Notes under the pieces: model-generated | The model's database searches: none | Told to the model about the DNA's origin: nothing | The model's input: only the letters and a program-made list of their open reading frames with translations | DNA from: Haliotis rubra | Taxonomy: Eukaryota | Length of the DNA stretch: 64,000 nucleotides | Direction: 5' to 3' | NCBI RefSeq assembly: GCF_003918875.1 | Contig: NW_025765448.1 | Span: 1,364,001 to 1,428,000 of the forward strand | Position numbers and translations under genes: made by a program | In this document: positions 1 to 12,431 of the stretch, one piece after another | Numbering within the stretch: position 1 is the first letter of the stretch | How the letters are laid out: each line of letters opens with the position of its first letter

Positions 1-898
1 CGTTAGAACAACCTTTCGTCCAACAACAGAGCCATCTGATGACAGTCCAAATTGTATTTTCCAATCATGCAATCTTTAAAAGGTTAACAATTCATAAACT
101 GAATGACAGTTATGACTTAATTCATCAAAATATTTGTCCCTTGACTAAAAAGGATATACCATTAATTCACCAAAGATTTTCCACAGCCTGGTCTCACATT
201 CCTCAATATTAGTTTGTTCATTTCTATTTTTTTCAGATTACGACTGACTGACTGACTGAGTTTTAGTTTTATGCCGCTTTTAGCAATATTCCATCAATAT
301 CACAGCGGGGACACCAGAAATGGGCTTCACACATTGTGCCCATGTGGGGAATCGAACCCGGGTCTTTAACGGCTAACGATTATGAATCAAGCTTTAACCA
401 TTAGGCTACCCAGTTTGAAACAAAGGGCTGTCAAAGTTAAAAGCCTATGAATCAAGAACCTTGTTAAAATATGTAATGTGTTGTCCGGATTGGAATTTGC
501 AAGTTTGAAACAAAGGCTGTAAAAGTTTAAAAAGCTGATTGACTAATGTCGACACACTGCAAGTCATTTCATTGGTCGGTCAATATTCACAAAAATATAT
601 GTGATAGGATGTACTCTGAAAAAAAAGAAGAAAACTAAGAATTGGTTTATTGAGACTTAAAGGTAAATTGACAAGAGGAGCTATGAAGATCAGGGTTAGA
701 ATCGGTCTTTACCAACCAATGAGAGCCGACTAACGGGATAAGATGGTTAGGCTAGTTGACACATGTCATTGTATCCCAATTGCATAGATCAATGCTTATG
801 CCGTTGGTCACTTGGATTGACAATGACAAGGAAATATAGTCCAGCAACTTTAAATGTTTAAAAAGTCCATTTACTGAAGTGCCAGTGGCACCATTAAA

Positions 899-3075
899 TT
901 AGTTCCTGATAGTCCTCCTGGGCCAGTACAAACTGGAATTCATGATGGAAACCGTAGCATGTATTATACATGAATGTTGACAGAACGGTCTGCCAGCAGT
1001 CATGAACGGTAAATAATAAATTATCTCCCTTTGCTTTTGTCTGCAAAATAACTAGTGCCTCATTTCTTGTAAACAGAAACACTTCAATGCTGCCTTTTGT
1101 GTTAAGCCAACATAAAGTGGCAGAATCCTGCAAAACCATTACCCCAATGTTGCCCAAGATATTGTGTAGATAAAATGATAAGCCTGATGGACAAATATCC
1201 ATTCCATAGAATGCCAATCAAACAACCATAAGCAACTGTAGCAGTAAGAGGATCCTAACTACCATACTTTTACATACCTTCATCGTGCTAAGGATTCTCT
1301 TCCCACAGAGGTTACTTGTCATATCTTCCTACGAACCTCTGTTCTAATACGGCCATATTTCCCGGTTCTCGTAAAGTCCCCTAGCGGCAAAAGATTGCAA
1401 CACGAATTATCTCCCTTCTTTCTATCCAATCAGAACACGTGTTACATCGACTTGGATTCAACTTGACTAACACAAGCAAATGCGGGGCCACAAATATCCC
1501 CCATCTGCCGGGGAATTGTGTTGATGTTACACACAAGACGTTTAATGGCTAGCTTGTCCGTTGTCAACGAGGGCGATGGAGACGCCACTGATCCGCCATA
1601 ACATGACTGAGTTCTGTCTAGAAGAAACGTTTGCGCATCGCGCAGGGGAAGAAATTTAGTTTTTCTCGAAGCATACGGAAATTACGGAGGCCTTGCGAAT
1701 GATCACTTTTGAAACAACGTCGCTGATTGCACAACTAACTCTGATTGCGTCCAATCACAAGTCTTGAACGCTCACACCATGAAAGGGCCGTATTAGAACA
1801 GAGGTTACGTAGGAAGATATGACAGGAGTAACCTCTGTGGGAAGAGAATGGGTGCTAAGATTACTGTAGTATGTATGGCTACTTTCAGCAATATTCCAAC
1901 AATATCACAGCAATATTCAAACAATACAAAAGCAATATCACAGAAATATTGCAAACAATATTCCAACAATACACCAACAATATTTCAGCAATATTCCAAC
2001 AATATCACATGATCCCAGCCAAATTCCAACTATATTACAGCCATACTCCTGCACTATTCCATTCATAGCACAGCAATATTGAAAAAATATTCCAACAATA
2101 TCACAGCAATATTCCCGAAATACTCCAGCAACATTCCAACAATATCACAGCAATATTCCCGAAATACTCCAGCAACATTCCAACAATATCACAGCAATAT
2201 TCCCGAAATACTCCAGCAATATTCCCGAAATACTCCAGCAACATTCCAACAATATCACAGCAATATTCCCGAAATACTCCAGCAACATTCCAACAATATC
2301 ACAGCAATATTCCCGAAATACTCCAGGAATATTCCAACAATATCACAGCAATGTTCCCGAAATACTCCAGCAACATCCCAGCAGAGGTAAAGAAGGACAT
2401 GTGTCCACTTGAGTAGAACTTAACTCACAGCTTCTTCCGCAGCTGTTCCCGGCTCATTAACTCATCATCCTCCACCAGCACCTGACTGCTCGTGTTCCTC
2501 TTCTGCTTCTTCTTCTCTGTTCTGTTACAAGGGACATACCCCTTTTTCCTCCGACCCTGTGCAATAAACAATTATCATGATAGACTCACATTTAGTCTCT
2601 GAAATGAACACATATTACAGAAATAAGTTCTTAAATTATGTTTTTACAATGATAAATAACCCCCAACCCTAACTCTAACCCTAATCCTAAACCCTAACTT
2701 AAATTTTGGACCTTTAGTCATTTTGTGAGGTCTCTCGTAATTGTTGTGTTAAGTTTTGTTAATAATTTTAGCATATTTATAAATATTATTTGGGATGGGG
2801 GAACGGGAGGAACTCTTGCCAAATCTTTGAACAGTAAAGACCTTTTTTATTTAAACTGATCAAAGTGAAATTGACATTGAATTAGTCCTTGCCTCAAATG
2901 ACACAACAACGTCAACAACCAGTTCTAACAATATAGACCCAGTAACCTGGTAACATGCATCTGTGTACGTCATTGTTGATAAACGGATGACAAATCCACA
3001 TTTATGAAGATAACATCGTGAACTTACACCCTTTTTGACATACTGTTTCTTGCTTTTTATAGAAAACAAGCCCAT
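899..3075 (-). CDS. Putative small 3-exon gene (~105 aa, basic N-terminus), function unknown
   Basis: Exons 3075-3028 (ATG...GGT|gtaagt), 2556-2429 (cacag|GGT...CT|gtgagt) and 1040-899 (ttttgcag|A...TAA) are phase-consistent: MGLFSIKSKKQYVKKG GRRKKGYVPCNRTEKKKQKRNTSSQVLVEDDELMSREQLRKKL QKQREIIYY... No family recognised; the third exon is least certain. Confidence 0.4.
1293..1851. mobile_element. MITE with ~60-bp TIRs and 8-9-bp TSD
   Basis: ATTCTCTTCCCACAGAGGTTAC...CTAATACGGCC and its inverse at 1786-1849; GTGCTAAG flanks at 1285-1292 and 1852-1859. Confidence 0.9.
1880..2385. repeat. Minisatellite of 11/22-bp CAATATTCCAA/CAATATCACAG units with 44-bp higher order
   Basis: Direct inspection; the unit matches a SINE A segment. 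Confidence 0.9.
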
Positions 3076-4708
3076 TGTCTTGGTATATGACTTTAAAACG
3101 AGACTTGATTAATTCTTCTCTATCGTCAACAGTTCAACACGTGCCGAGAGAAAACAGGAAGTGTCGTCACCAAGGAAGGACAACTCTAAACTGGACTCAG
3201 TCTGTTCATAGTTCTGAAATATGATCTTTCTAAAAATCGCAGAACGTGTTTGAAATTTGGTATATCTACTCATTTATATTAATTATAAATTTCAGATTTG
3301 ATATATCTGTTGTATTGAATCTGTAGCAAATTGTCTTTCCAGAAAGACTGAAAAAATAAAGCCTTTCAAGAGAAATATTCGAGTCTGGATCGGGCAGACA
3401 GGTGGTCTACTCACACGAAGATTATGAGATGTGGTTTTAACTTTTGGTTTTAACTTTTTCAAAGAATAGAATATCAGATAACAATTAGTTGGTGTTTTGT
3501 TCAAAACGTAAAACACTAACTGTGAACAATAAGTCTGTGATCATTTTTTTCACATTCCTACCACATTTTTTTAACGATAGCATGCTAGTTTTAATTCTAC
3601 CTCTGTGATACTATAGTTGTTATGCTGTCCATTGTCGACACAGTTTTTGTATGGTGACGATAGGAAAGGGAGTCAGGGGTGGGTGGCTGGGAATGTTCTG
3701 ATCCTTTTCCCACTTTGACTTTGAAACAACTTTCAACAAGACAAGGGCTTTCAAGGGCTTTCCCACGGGTCATATGGGTTTCTCATATATTTAATGCTTT
3801 GTGAGAGTTAAATGGTTATCGATAACGACACCCAGACTTGGCCTTCTTTACAACTTTTATAAGAGTGCTATCTTACACACGTTCTAGGTCCCTGCGGGGT
3901 TTATATTTTCTACAAAAATGTAACTCTTGAGTTCTTATATATATGATATTAACATTATGTCCATAAATATAGATCTGTAAACAAACACAGGTAGATGAAA
4001 CGGGTAGAATCTGTAAATTACACATTGTATTGATATATCCCGTGAATATCCGGGTTAGACCAGACGTGGAGTGGAGGTGCTAAATATTACTCGATCCATC
4101 TAGACTGTACCCGTTAAGATCCGGGTTAGAATTGGTCTTCAGTAACCCATGCTTGTAAGAGGCGAATAACAGGATCGGGTGGTCGGGCTCGCTGACTTGG
4201 TTGACACATGTCATCGTATCGCAATTGCGTAGATCGATGCCCCAGCTGTTGATCCCTGGATTGTCTGGTCCAGACTCGATTATTTACAGACTGCCGCCAT
4301 AAAGCTGGCATATTGCTGAGTGCGGCGTAAAACTAAATTCACGCATTCACTTGTATTGATATACTACCGTTTGTTATTTTTGAAAATATATTTTCCGGTT
4401 GTACGCAAACAACTAAACAAAATGTGTATTCTCCTTATTGTTTAATAACAATTCCTGTTTGAATATCGTGTTCAAGGCATTGTTGATGGATTATTGTCAA
4501 CAAATAAACATGGATTTTCGTATGTTGACGAAGGATAACATGTGACTCTTTTACTCTCAGTTCAGCCTGGCTCAAGAATATCGCGTGTAAAGAAAGTAAA
4601 TATTTCTACATGCCAAAATAATGCACATGTACATGTAATTAACTGTTTATAACACCGTGTGCAGAGAATGATGAAGTCACTTAATAATTTGTCCACATTT
4701 GTCGGAGT

Positions 4709-4802
4709 GGGCGTGGCCTAAATTAGACTCAGATGTCACCCTCCGGACAAATACCATGACGTCATCAATGACGTGACGTCATAATCACCGGGTTATTGAA
4801 AG
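4709..4802 (+). promoter_or_regulatory. Promoter copy 1: GC box, two perfect CREs, TATA-like element
   Basis: GGGCGTGGC 4709-4717; TGACGTCA 4757-4764 and 4774-4781; TTATTGAAAG ~4793. Confidence 0.7.
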
Positions 4803-4865
4803 CGCAAGACGTGTTTTACATCGCTAGATTCTTTCACCCTATGGATACCATTTAAAGATAATTTA

Positions 4866-5344
4866 ATGGGCTGTAACCAGTCCCTCCTCACGAAGACCCC
4901 CAGGAGGGGAGGGAGAGGGAGAAAACAAAGGGAGATTACCCTTGTAGAAAGGTGGACAGAGTTTCGAGACTGGGTTCGGAGACAGCGGGGCAAGAACAGG
5001 GTGGTGTCAATATCTATCAAACCAAATGACAAGTCACGTGTCATAAGTAAGTTTTTCTCGTCTTGGCATCATATGTTAAAGTGAGTGAGTTATTAAGATA
5101 GTATTTAATTTAACATCGGCAACATTTCAGACAGCCGAAAGAACTTGATGGTTTAGTAACAAAAATGTCAGCAAAGGAAACTGAGATCGTTATATACCTC
5201 TATGAAAAAAACTAATCATATGAGCATCACCATGATGTTTTGCACCAGAACTGTGTCACTAATATTGTGAGCAGGATACATACCAGAAAACCCTTTTGGC
5301 ACCTCTAACGACCTAAATGGGTTCCTGGGGATATATTGTAGTTT

Positions 5345-5386
<42 letters not shown>

Positions 5387-5445
5387 CCCATTTCTGGTGT
5401 CCCCCGCCGTGAGTAGTGCTGGAATAGCTAGTAGTAGTAGTAGTC

Positions 5446-5479
<34 letters not shown>

Positions 5480-7185
5480 TTGTGGTGTGTTGTGGTGGTG
5501 GTAGTGGTAGTAGTAGTAGTTGTGGTTGTCGTGATGGTGGTAGGAATAATAATAATAATAACATACCTATCTTGGAATGCAATTTCGAGACAAGTTCCAG
5601 AATGCCCAAATTCAAGACAAACAACGGGCCGAGTATAAATCTCGCTTAAAGAAAATCTGGAGTTCAGAGCTCAATGCTCGAAACAAGGTCAAAGCCACCA
5701 ATACTTTTTCTGTGCCAGTCCTTTCCTATTCATTTGGAGTAGTTGATTGGAGAAAACAAGAAATACAGAGTCTTGACCGCCTGGCCAGAAGGATCATGTC
5801 TGATAACAGAGCTCACCAGCATCATTCCTCTCTTAATCGTTTATATATGCCAATCGATTCTTGAGGTCAGGGTTTGATTAATGTGGGGGCTCTTCATGAT
5901 AGAATTTTATTGTGTACTTTTGCACATATTTATTTATCGGATGATCCTCTGGTGATGCATGTCAAGACTCATGAGAAAGCAAGGAATTCCACAGCTATTT
6001 TAAGCGTGCCAAGGTTGTTTGACAGAATCTGAAATTTGAAGTTGATTTTGTTGATGGCGATGTCCTGCTGGACGGTACATCCATGGGAGTAAACCAGGTG
6101 AAGTTATTCACCAAGTCTGCTCAGAGTCGGTCATTTGTGAAAAAGCTTTCTGAGAAACCATTGCATCGTGTGTACATGCAGTGCGTGGAACAGAATAGCA
6201 GTCTGACCGACTTCTTTGCCTGGATGAAGTCGGCTGGTCTTAAATGTGAAACTGAGGGCTTTCTTTTTGCTGCTCAGGACCAGTCACTTCCCACTCGTAA
6301 TCGCCAAAATGTGATTCTTAAAGAAAATATTAACATGAAATGCCGACTGTGTAATAAAATTAAAGAGACTGTCCAACACATTGTCACTGGCTGCCCTTCC
6401 TTGGCACAAACAGCATATCTGAAACGACATGATGGCATGGCTCGCTGCTTCACTATCGTCTTCGCCATTCCTGTGACTTTGACTCCGAGGTCCATCCATG
6501 GTACGATCCTGAACATGTCCAGGGCGTCATGGAAAATGATGCTTTCAAACTTCTGTGGAATAGGCCCATATACAGCCTCAGAAGAATTCCAGCCAACAAA
6601 CCTGATCTTGTCCTTTTGATAAAGCCAATGAATTTATTTATATCATTGAATTTTCTGTCCCTTTTGACAGCAACGTGATTGGCAAGATTCAGGAAAAGCA
6701 TGATAAATACCTCGCCTTTGAAATGTCTCGCTTGCATCCCAAATACACTGTCGTCAGGCTCCCCATTGTTCTCGGTGCCCTTGGTTGGTACCTCCTGATC
6801 TCTTGACGCAGATCAGGAGAGTGCCCGGGTTCTCCACCGGGAGCACAGCCCTTCTGACACTCTGGATAATGCAGAAGGCTGCAGTGTTGGGGAGCCTTCA
6901 TATTCTCCTGAAAGTTCTTGGCGGGTTCCACTAGGCGGTGTTTTCGCTGTCTGGGCTGCGTGTAGAGGGGGCGAGGGCCTTGAGCTGATGATGAGCCTTA
7001 CCAGCCTGACTGTGCCAGGATCACCCGAACCCTCTCTGCTGCATTCATAATCTGTAAAACATAATAGTAGTAGTAGTAGTAGTAGTAGAAGCAGCAGCAA
7101 TAGTATAAGAAGCAGTTGTTATAGCAGTACCAGTGGTAGAAGAAATAGTAGAAGATGTAGTAGCAGTTTAGTAAAATGTAGTAGC

Positions 7186-7219
<34 letters not shown>

Positions 7220-8028
7220 CTAATCTCGCGCGACCATTTAAAAGGACAGTTTTGAAACAATAAAATATCTTTAATATTTGTACAAGTACCCCTCATTATA
7301 AATAAGAATGGCAGAATAGGAAACAGCATAATTATTATCATCATATAGTTATGAAATTATGTAGAGAAAATTAAATCCGAACTACGAAAACAATGAAGGC
7401 TGCTAGCGTTTTGTTCGGCAAATTCGTATTGTCAAATCCAGTCTTCAAGTGTATACCCCCTTTCGCCCAACAGTATATAGCTGTAGTATTGCTAACATGA
7501 ACATTAAGCCTATCTATAACTCACACACCACATTTGGTACTATTTGCATATAGCTTCAGAACTAAATATGAGTTCTCCTTGAATGCAGATCGCATCGTTG
7601 TGGCAGATGAAACCATGGAAGAAATCAAGGTGGTTGAGACAGATATATCCATTGAGAATGACAACTCGAGGCACAAGGTGCCCCGACCAAGGGCAGCCAA
7701 AGGCAAGCGTACACCACACGTACCCAATGCCCAGTCTCACACAGAGGAACAAAAGGACATTGCTAATCTGTCCTCAGAAGACGTCACTGCAAAGAAGAGG
7801 ATCAGACCAAAAGCAGCTAAAGGACCGAGGACAAGGCCGCAGGAGATCCTCCCCGGAGTTGTTACTGAGGACGACGACTCCGTTGCTGAATGCAGCGTCA
7901 TCAAGCACAAGACCACCATTGACAATGATGTTCCTCCTTCCAAAAGCCTCTTCAGAAGGATTCGCCCAAAGGCTGCAAAGGGCAAGCGCAAAGTTGGATC
8001 GCGTGATGAGAAAAGGCGGAACACTTGA
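4866..8028 (+). CDS. Same family, copy 1 (~206 aa; +1 nt near 8010 truncates the C-terminus)
   Basis: Exon 1 4866-5046 (AA|GTAAGT) plus exon 2 7589-8028 (tgcag|AT), phase-compatible. The conserved tail LEAQRSTQECLDAWMKRKLCEEGVE continues in the shifted frame to 8101. Confidence 0.7.
5346..5560. repeat. (TAG)n/(TGG)n/(AAT)n microsatellite in intron 1 of the tandem gene
   Basis: Homologous tracts at 7061-7220, 13079-13315, 17650-17750 and 22660-22900; both N-gaps fall in these tracts. Confidence 0.9.
5561..7060 (+). mobile_element. 5'-truncated R4/Dong-like non-LTR retrotransposon (RT end, CCHC, restriction-like endonuclease), degenerate
   Basis: YLG.Q, ELNARNKVKATNTFSVPVLSYSFG, ETEGFLFAAQDQ, CRLC..ETVQHIVTGC, RHD, KPDL..IIEF motifs with frameshifts. 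Lies in intron 1 of gene copy 1, directly after (AAT)n. Confidence 0.88.
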
Positions 8029-8291
8029 GGCACAGCGCTCAACCCAGGAGTGCCTGGATGCGTGGATGAAGAGGAAGCTGTGTGAGGAGGGAGTGGAGTA
8101 GAGGACTCGGGGATGATCGGGAGTGGGATGGAATGGATCAGGTAGAGATTCAGGATGAAGGAAACAAAGGCGCAAGAAAACTCCAACCCCTGATGTATGT
8201 CTACCGGCATTATGATCCTGTTCCCCGTCAATAATAACTGATTCCGACCCTGTCCGACTCACTTGGAATGATGTGCTGTACATGGATGTGG

Positions 8292-9710
8292 TCACAGATG
8301 TATATTCACACAATGGAGGTGTTCTAGATAGAGACTAGAAGTGTGCTTCGCCACAGATGTATATTGACACAATGGAGGTGTTCTAGATAGAGACTAGAAG
8401 TGTGCTTCGCCACAGATGTATATTGACACAATGGAGGTGTTCTAGATAGAGACTAGAAGTGTGCTTCTGCCACAGATGTATATTCACACAGTGAAGGTGC
8501 TCTAGATAGAGACTAGAAGTGTTCTTCGTCACAGATAGATACTGACACCATGGAGGTGTTCTACATGGAGACTAGAAGTGTTCTTCACCAGAGATAGATA
8601 TTGACACAATGGAGGTGTTCCAGATAGAGACTAGAACTGTTCTTCACCAGAGATATGATATTAACACAATGAAGGTGTTCTAGATAGAGACTAGAAGTGT
8701 TCTTCTCAACAAAGTGATGTTGACACAATGATTGAAGGTGTTCTAGATATAGACTAGAAGTGTTCTTCGTCACAGATAGATACTGACACCATGGAGGTGT
8801 TCTACATGGAGACTAGAAGTGTTCTTCACTAGAGATTGATATTGACACAATGGAGGTGTTCTAGATAGAGACTAGAAGTGTTCTTAGCCACTTATTGATA
8901 TTGGCACAATAAAGGTGTTCTAGATAGAGACTAGAAGTGTTCTTCGTCACAGATAGATACTGACACCATGGAGGTGTTCTAGATGGAGACTAGAATTGTT
9001 CTTCGCAACAAAGTGATATTGACCCAATGGAGGTGTTCTAGATAGAGACTAGAAGTGTTCTTCGCAACAAAGTGATGTAGACACAATGTACACAGATAGA
9101 TACTGACACCATGGAGGTGTTCTAGATAGAGACTAGAAGTGTTCTTCGCAACAAAGTGATGTAGACACAATGTACACAGATAGATACTGACACCATGGAG
9201 GTGTTGTAGATAGAGATTAAAAGTGTTCTTCGCAACAAAGTGATGTAGACACAATGTGCACAGATAGATACTGACACCATGGAGGTGTTCTAGATAGAGA
9301 CTAGAAGTGTTCTTCGCAACAAAGTGATGTAGACACAATGTACACAGATAGATACTCACACCATGGAGATGTTCTACATGGAGACTAGAAGTGTTCTTCT
9401 CACCAGAGATAGATATTGACACAATGGAGGTGTTCTAGATAGAGACTAGAAGTGTTCTTCGCCACAGATAGATATTGACACAATGGAGGTGTTCTAGATA
9501 GAGACTAGAAGTGTTCTTCGCCACAGATAGATGTTGACACAATGGAGGTGTTCTAGATAGAGACTAGAAGTGTTCTTCACTACAGATAGATATTGACACA
9601 ATGGAGGTGTTCTAGATAGAGACTAGAAGTGTTCTTAGCCACTTATTGATATTGGCACAATAGAGGTGTTTTGGATAGAGACTATTGGTGTTCTTCAACA
9701 CAGCTGGAGA
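8292..9710 (+). repeat. 59-bp minisatellite, 3' UTR of copy 1 (~23 units)
   Basis: Unit CACAGATAGATATTGACACAATGGAGGTGTTCTAGATAGAGACTAGAAGTGTTCTTCGC. Confidence 0.95.
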
Positions 9711-10048
9711 TGAACCTTGACACAGTAAGAGTGTTCGAGACAAAGACTCTGAGTTTGTCTATAGATTCAGTGTTAAGGCGCCATTTCATTCAGCGTTGAC
9801 TTTGGGGATTTTCTGATTTGATAGATACATTTATCTGAGCATTAATGTAAACACCCGAGTTTAGCATGCTATGTACAGAGTGTTTTTATCTAAATACCTG
9901 AATATATTTCAGGAAATGATGTTAAAATATTTTTTGCGTTCAATTTAATTCATTAATTGTATTGTTATGAAAATACCCAAAAAGTTAGGAAAAATGCTAA
10001 AACAGTATTATTATATTCATTTGTTTTTGTTAATTGTATTGTTATATG

Positions 10049-10054
10049 AATAAA
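10049..10054 (+). terminator. Probable polyadenylation signal of the tandem gene family
   Basis: AATAAA in homologous context in all four copies: 10049, 15808, 19757, 25354. Confidence 0.55.
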
Positions 10055-10210
10055 ATTGCAAAATACTTCATGTTCGATCAATTATGTTTCGTTATCACAT
10101 CGGCGATACATACAAACATACGGTAGGCGAGGTTTCCGTATATATGCCGGGTTTCCCTTTAAGTAAGTAGACAGATCACAGCATGGTTTCCAGGTTGTGT
10201 GTAACACTAA

Positions 10211-11182
10211 AGGCTTTGTCACACCACGACGATTTAGCAGCGTATGGCGACGTATGAAAAAATGGCGAATACGTTGGCGTACGTCGAATGAGTTATGGGT
10301 AATTTTCTATACGTTAAACGCACGCAGAAGCCCGCTGGCATACGTCGTATTGCGAGGCCGTCGGAGATTTTTGTGCATTCACAAAATGTTTGACATATGC
10401 CAACGTATGGCCCATACGTCCTAGGCATTTGTGGGGTATAAGTTGTTGGCAGGTTATGCGATCGTTAACACACGTTCACACACGTTAACACACACGTTCA
10501 CACAACACGTTAACACACGTTCACATACACGTTCACTTGTAAGTTGCTCATGAGTCGAAATAATGTCTAGCGTACCAAAAATTTATTTCTAACCTATGAG
10601 TAACGTGCTTTGAACGTGTGTGTTACTTTTATCGACTTATCTCCAACGCACATTGACGTATGTAAACGTATATGACGTGTTCCGACGACCACAGAACGTA
10701 CTGAACGTGTTTCTAACTTACAGCTACCGTATGATGGCGCATTGGCAGCGTACTTCGAAGGTTTCTTCGGAATGATGTTGATGTTGATAGGGTGATGTGG
10801 ATACTGTGACAGTGATGTTGATACTGCAATTTCTAGTGCGGTTATGACTTGAATCGTAGAGCGGCAGTCTCCTTATAGGCGACGACACGTTATCGTCGGC
10901 GATACGCTGCCGCGCGCTGTTCGACTATTGTTGGGCGTAAGTTGTGAACGCCGGCAACACGTTAAGCATTCGTTGGTATAAGTTATCTGTAAGTTACTAA
11001 TACGTTATGTATACGTCCAACTCGTTATGAATAAGCTATGTATACGTCCAACTCGTTATGAATAAGCTATGTATACGCCCAACATTGAAAAAAACCATCG
11101 ATAGTTCAGTGTGTACCAGCGTTTTAGACAGATTTTGATACGTCGACATTCACTGGCTAAGTCGTCAAGGTGTGAAAGACCT
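10211..11182. mobile_element. Harbinger-like MITE
   Basis: Imperfect ~60-bp TIRs (AGGCTTTGTCACACC.. / ..GGTGTGAAAGACCT) at a TAA-like site; absent from paralogous units. Confidence 0.7.
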
Positions 11183-11491
11183 ATAAGAGTATTCCCCAAA
11201 ACAGGAGTTAAATGCTGGAACACGACAGTAAATTGGATCTCTGGAGGGTTCTCAGTTGAGTTGTCAGACAGTATGTGGACAAAACATGCTCCACGTCTTT
11301 AAATGATCCAATTTTTGGACAAGAACATAACTTCCTTTTATCATCATCAGCGAGTGAGTGAGTGAGTGGGTTCTGACTTTGCTTTGAACAATATTCCAGT
11401 TATTTCATCAGCGGTGAGTGAGTGAGAAATATTTTAAGCCCTTTCAAAATAGCAGTGGATAATCGAGCCGGGCTCTGGACGTGACGAGCTA

Positions 11492-11608
11492 GGGCTCCTT
11501 TCACGAAGCAACCTTTACTAAGGTTAACCTTAACTCCCGTTCTTCAAAATTGCACTAACGTTACCTTAGTGACTTACGATCAACTTAGTGCTTTGTGAAA
11601 GGAAGCCC
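11492..11608. mobile_element. Short MITE
   Basis: TIR GGGCTCCTTTCACGAAGCA / TGCTTTGTGAAAGGAAGCCC; empty site GAGCTAGTAGACAG in the paralog at ~20044. Confidence 0.75.
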
Positions 11609-12270
11609 TGGTAGACAGTGCTTTCCCTGGAGAGTGCAAGGTCGGGGCGCTGGGTCAAGATATTAAGTCGGGAAACTGAGGAATTTAAGCTCATGTCGAC
11701 TAGTACCAATAAAACCTACTCTTCATTAGTCTTCAAGCATGTAAACGTTAAGAAGCGTGTGTTGCTTTGAGGCGAACCCAGATTATACAGTTATTTATTT
11801 CAGGGGCCCATTTATGTTCGCTATGTCGGTTCTAGGACTTACAATGAAAATGTCAGCGAGCGAGGAAACGCAATCCAGTATTGTCGCTCCGTGCTACAGT
11901 CAGTCTTGTGTGGGGGTGGAGTGAGGGATCCAGTTGGGTTTACGCTGCTTTTCGAAATAGTTTAACAGTATCAGTGCGGGGGGACACCAGAAATGGACTT
12001 AACACATTCTACTCGGGCAGGGAATCGAATCTGGGTATTCGGCGTGGAAGATGGTTGTGGGGCGGGAGTTGACAATTCCTACCAAGACAATAATCAATAA
12101 TATCAAAAGATATAATGTTTCATGAAAATATGCACAATACTAGTATAAAATGTCAAAATTATAAAGCCTAAAATGAATTTAGTGAATTATTCTAATAACT
12201 GAATAGTCCAAGATGACTCCGCAGACAGGTCACATCCGCCTATGCAGTTGTAGGTAGACGGGTGTGTAGT

Positions 12271-12369
12271 GGGCGTGGCTAAAATGGGACTCAGAATGAT
12301 GTCAGCATATGTAACATTATTGTGACGTCATCAATGGCGTGACGTCATAATCACCGGGTTATTGAAAGC
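12271..12369 (+). promoter_or_regulatory. Promoter copy 2: GC box and two CREs
   Basis: GGGCGTGGC 12271-12279; TGACGTCA 12323-12330 and 12340-12347. Confidence 0.7.
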
Positions 12370-12431
12370 GCAAGGCGTGTTTTTCATCGCTAGATTCTTT
12401 CACCCTATGGATAACGTTTAAAGATTACTTA

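Noticed and set aside
2662-2698. Telomere-like CCCTAA repeats
   Set aside because: Only ~5 degenerate units; a common low-complexity motif in mobile elements.
6984-7060. CTGATGA in the retrotransposon 3' UTR (also position 35) as a hammerhead core
   Set aside because: No correctly placed GAAA or closing stems were found.
7521-8313. Long antisense and alternate-frame ORFs over exon 2 (also 13840-14295, 18628-19242, 24198-24452)
   Set aside because: Shadow frames of the real exon; starts and stops are not conserved among copies.
8320-8350. Heat-shock-element-like TTCTAGA/GAA..TTC in the 59-bp unit
   Set aside because: Spacing does not give three contiguous nGAAn units, and it lies 3' of the gene.
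8292-9710. CRISPR-like appearance of the 59-bp array (palindromic core with variable parts)
   Set aside because: The intervening segments are variants of one unit, not unique spacers. There are no cas genes and the context is eukaryotic.
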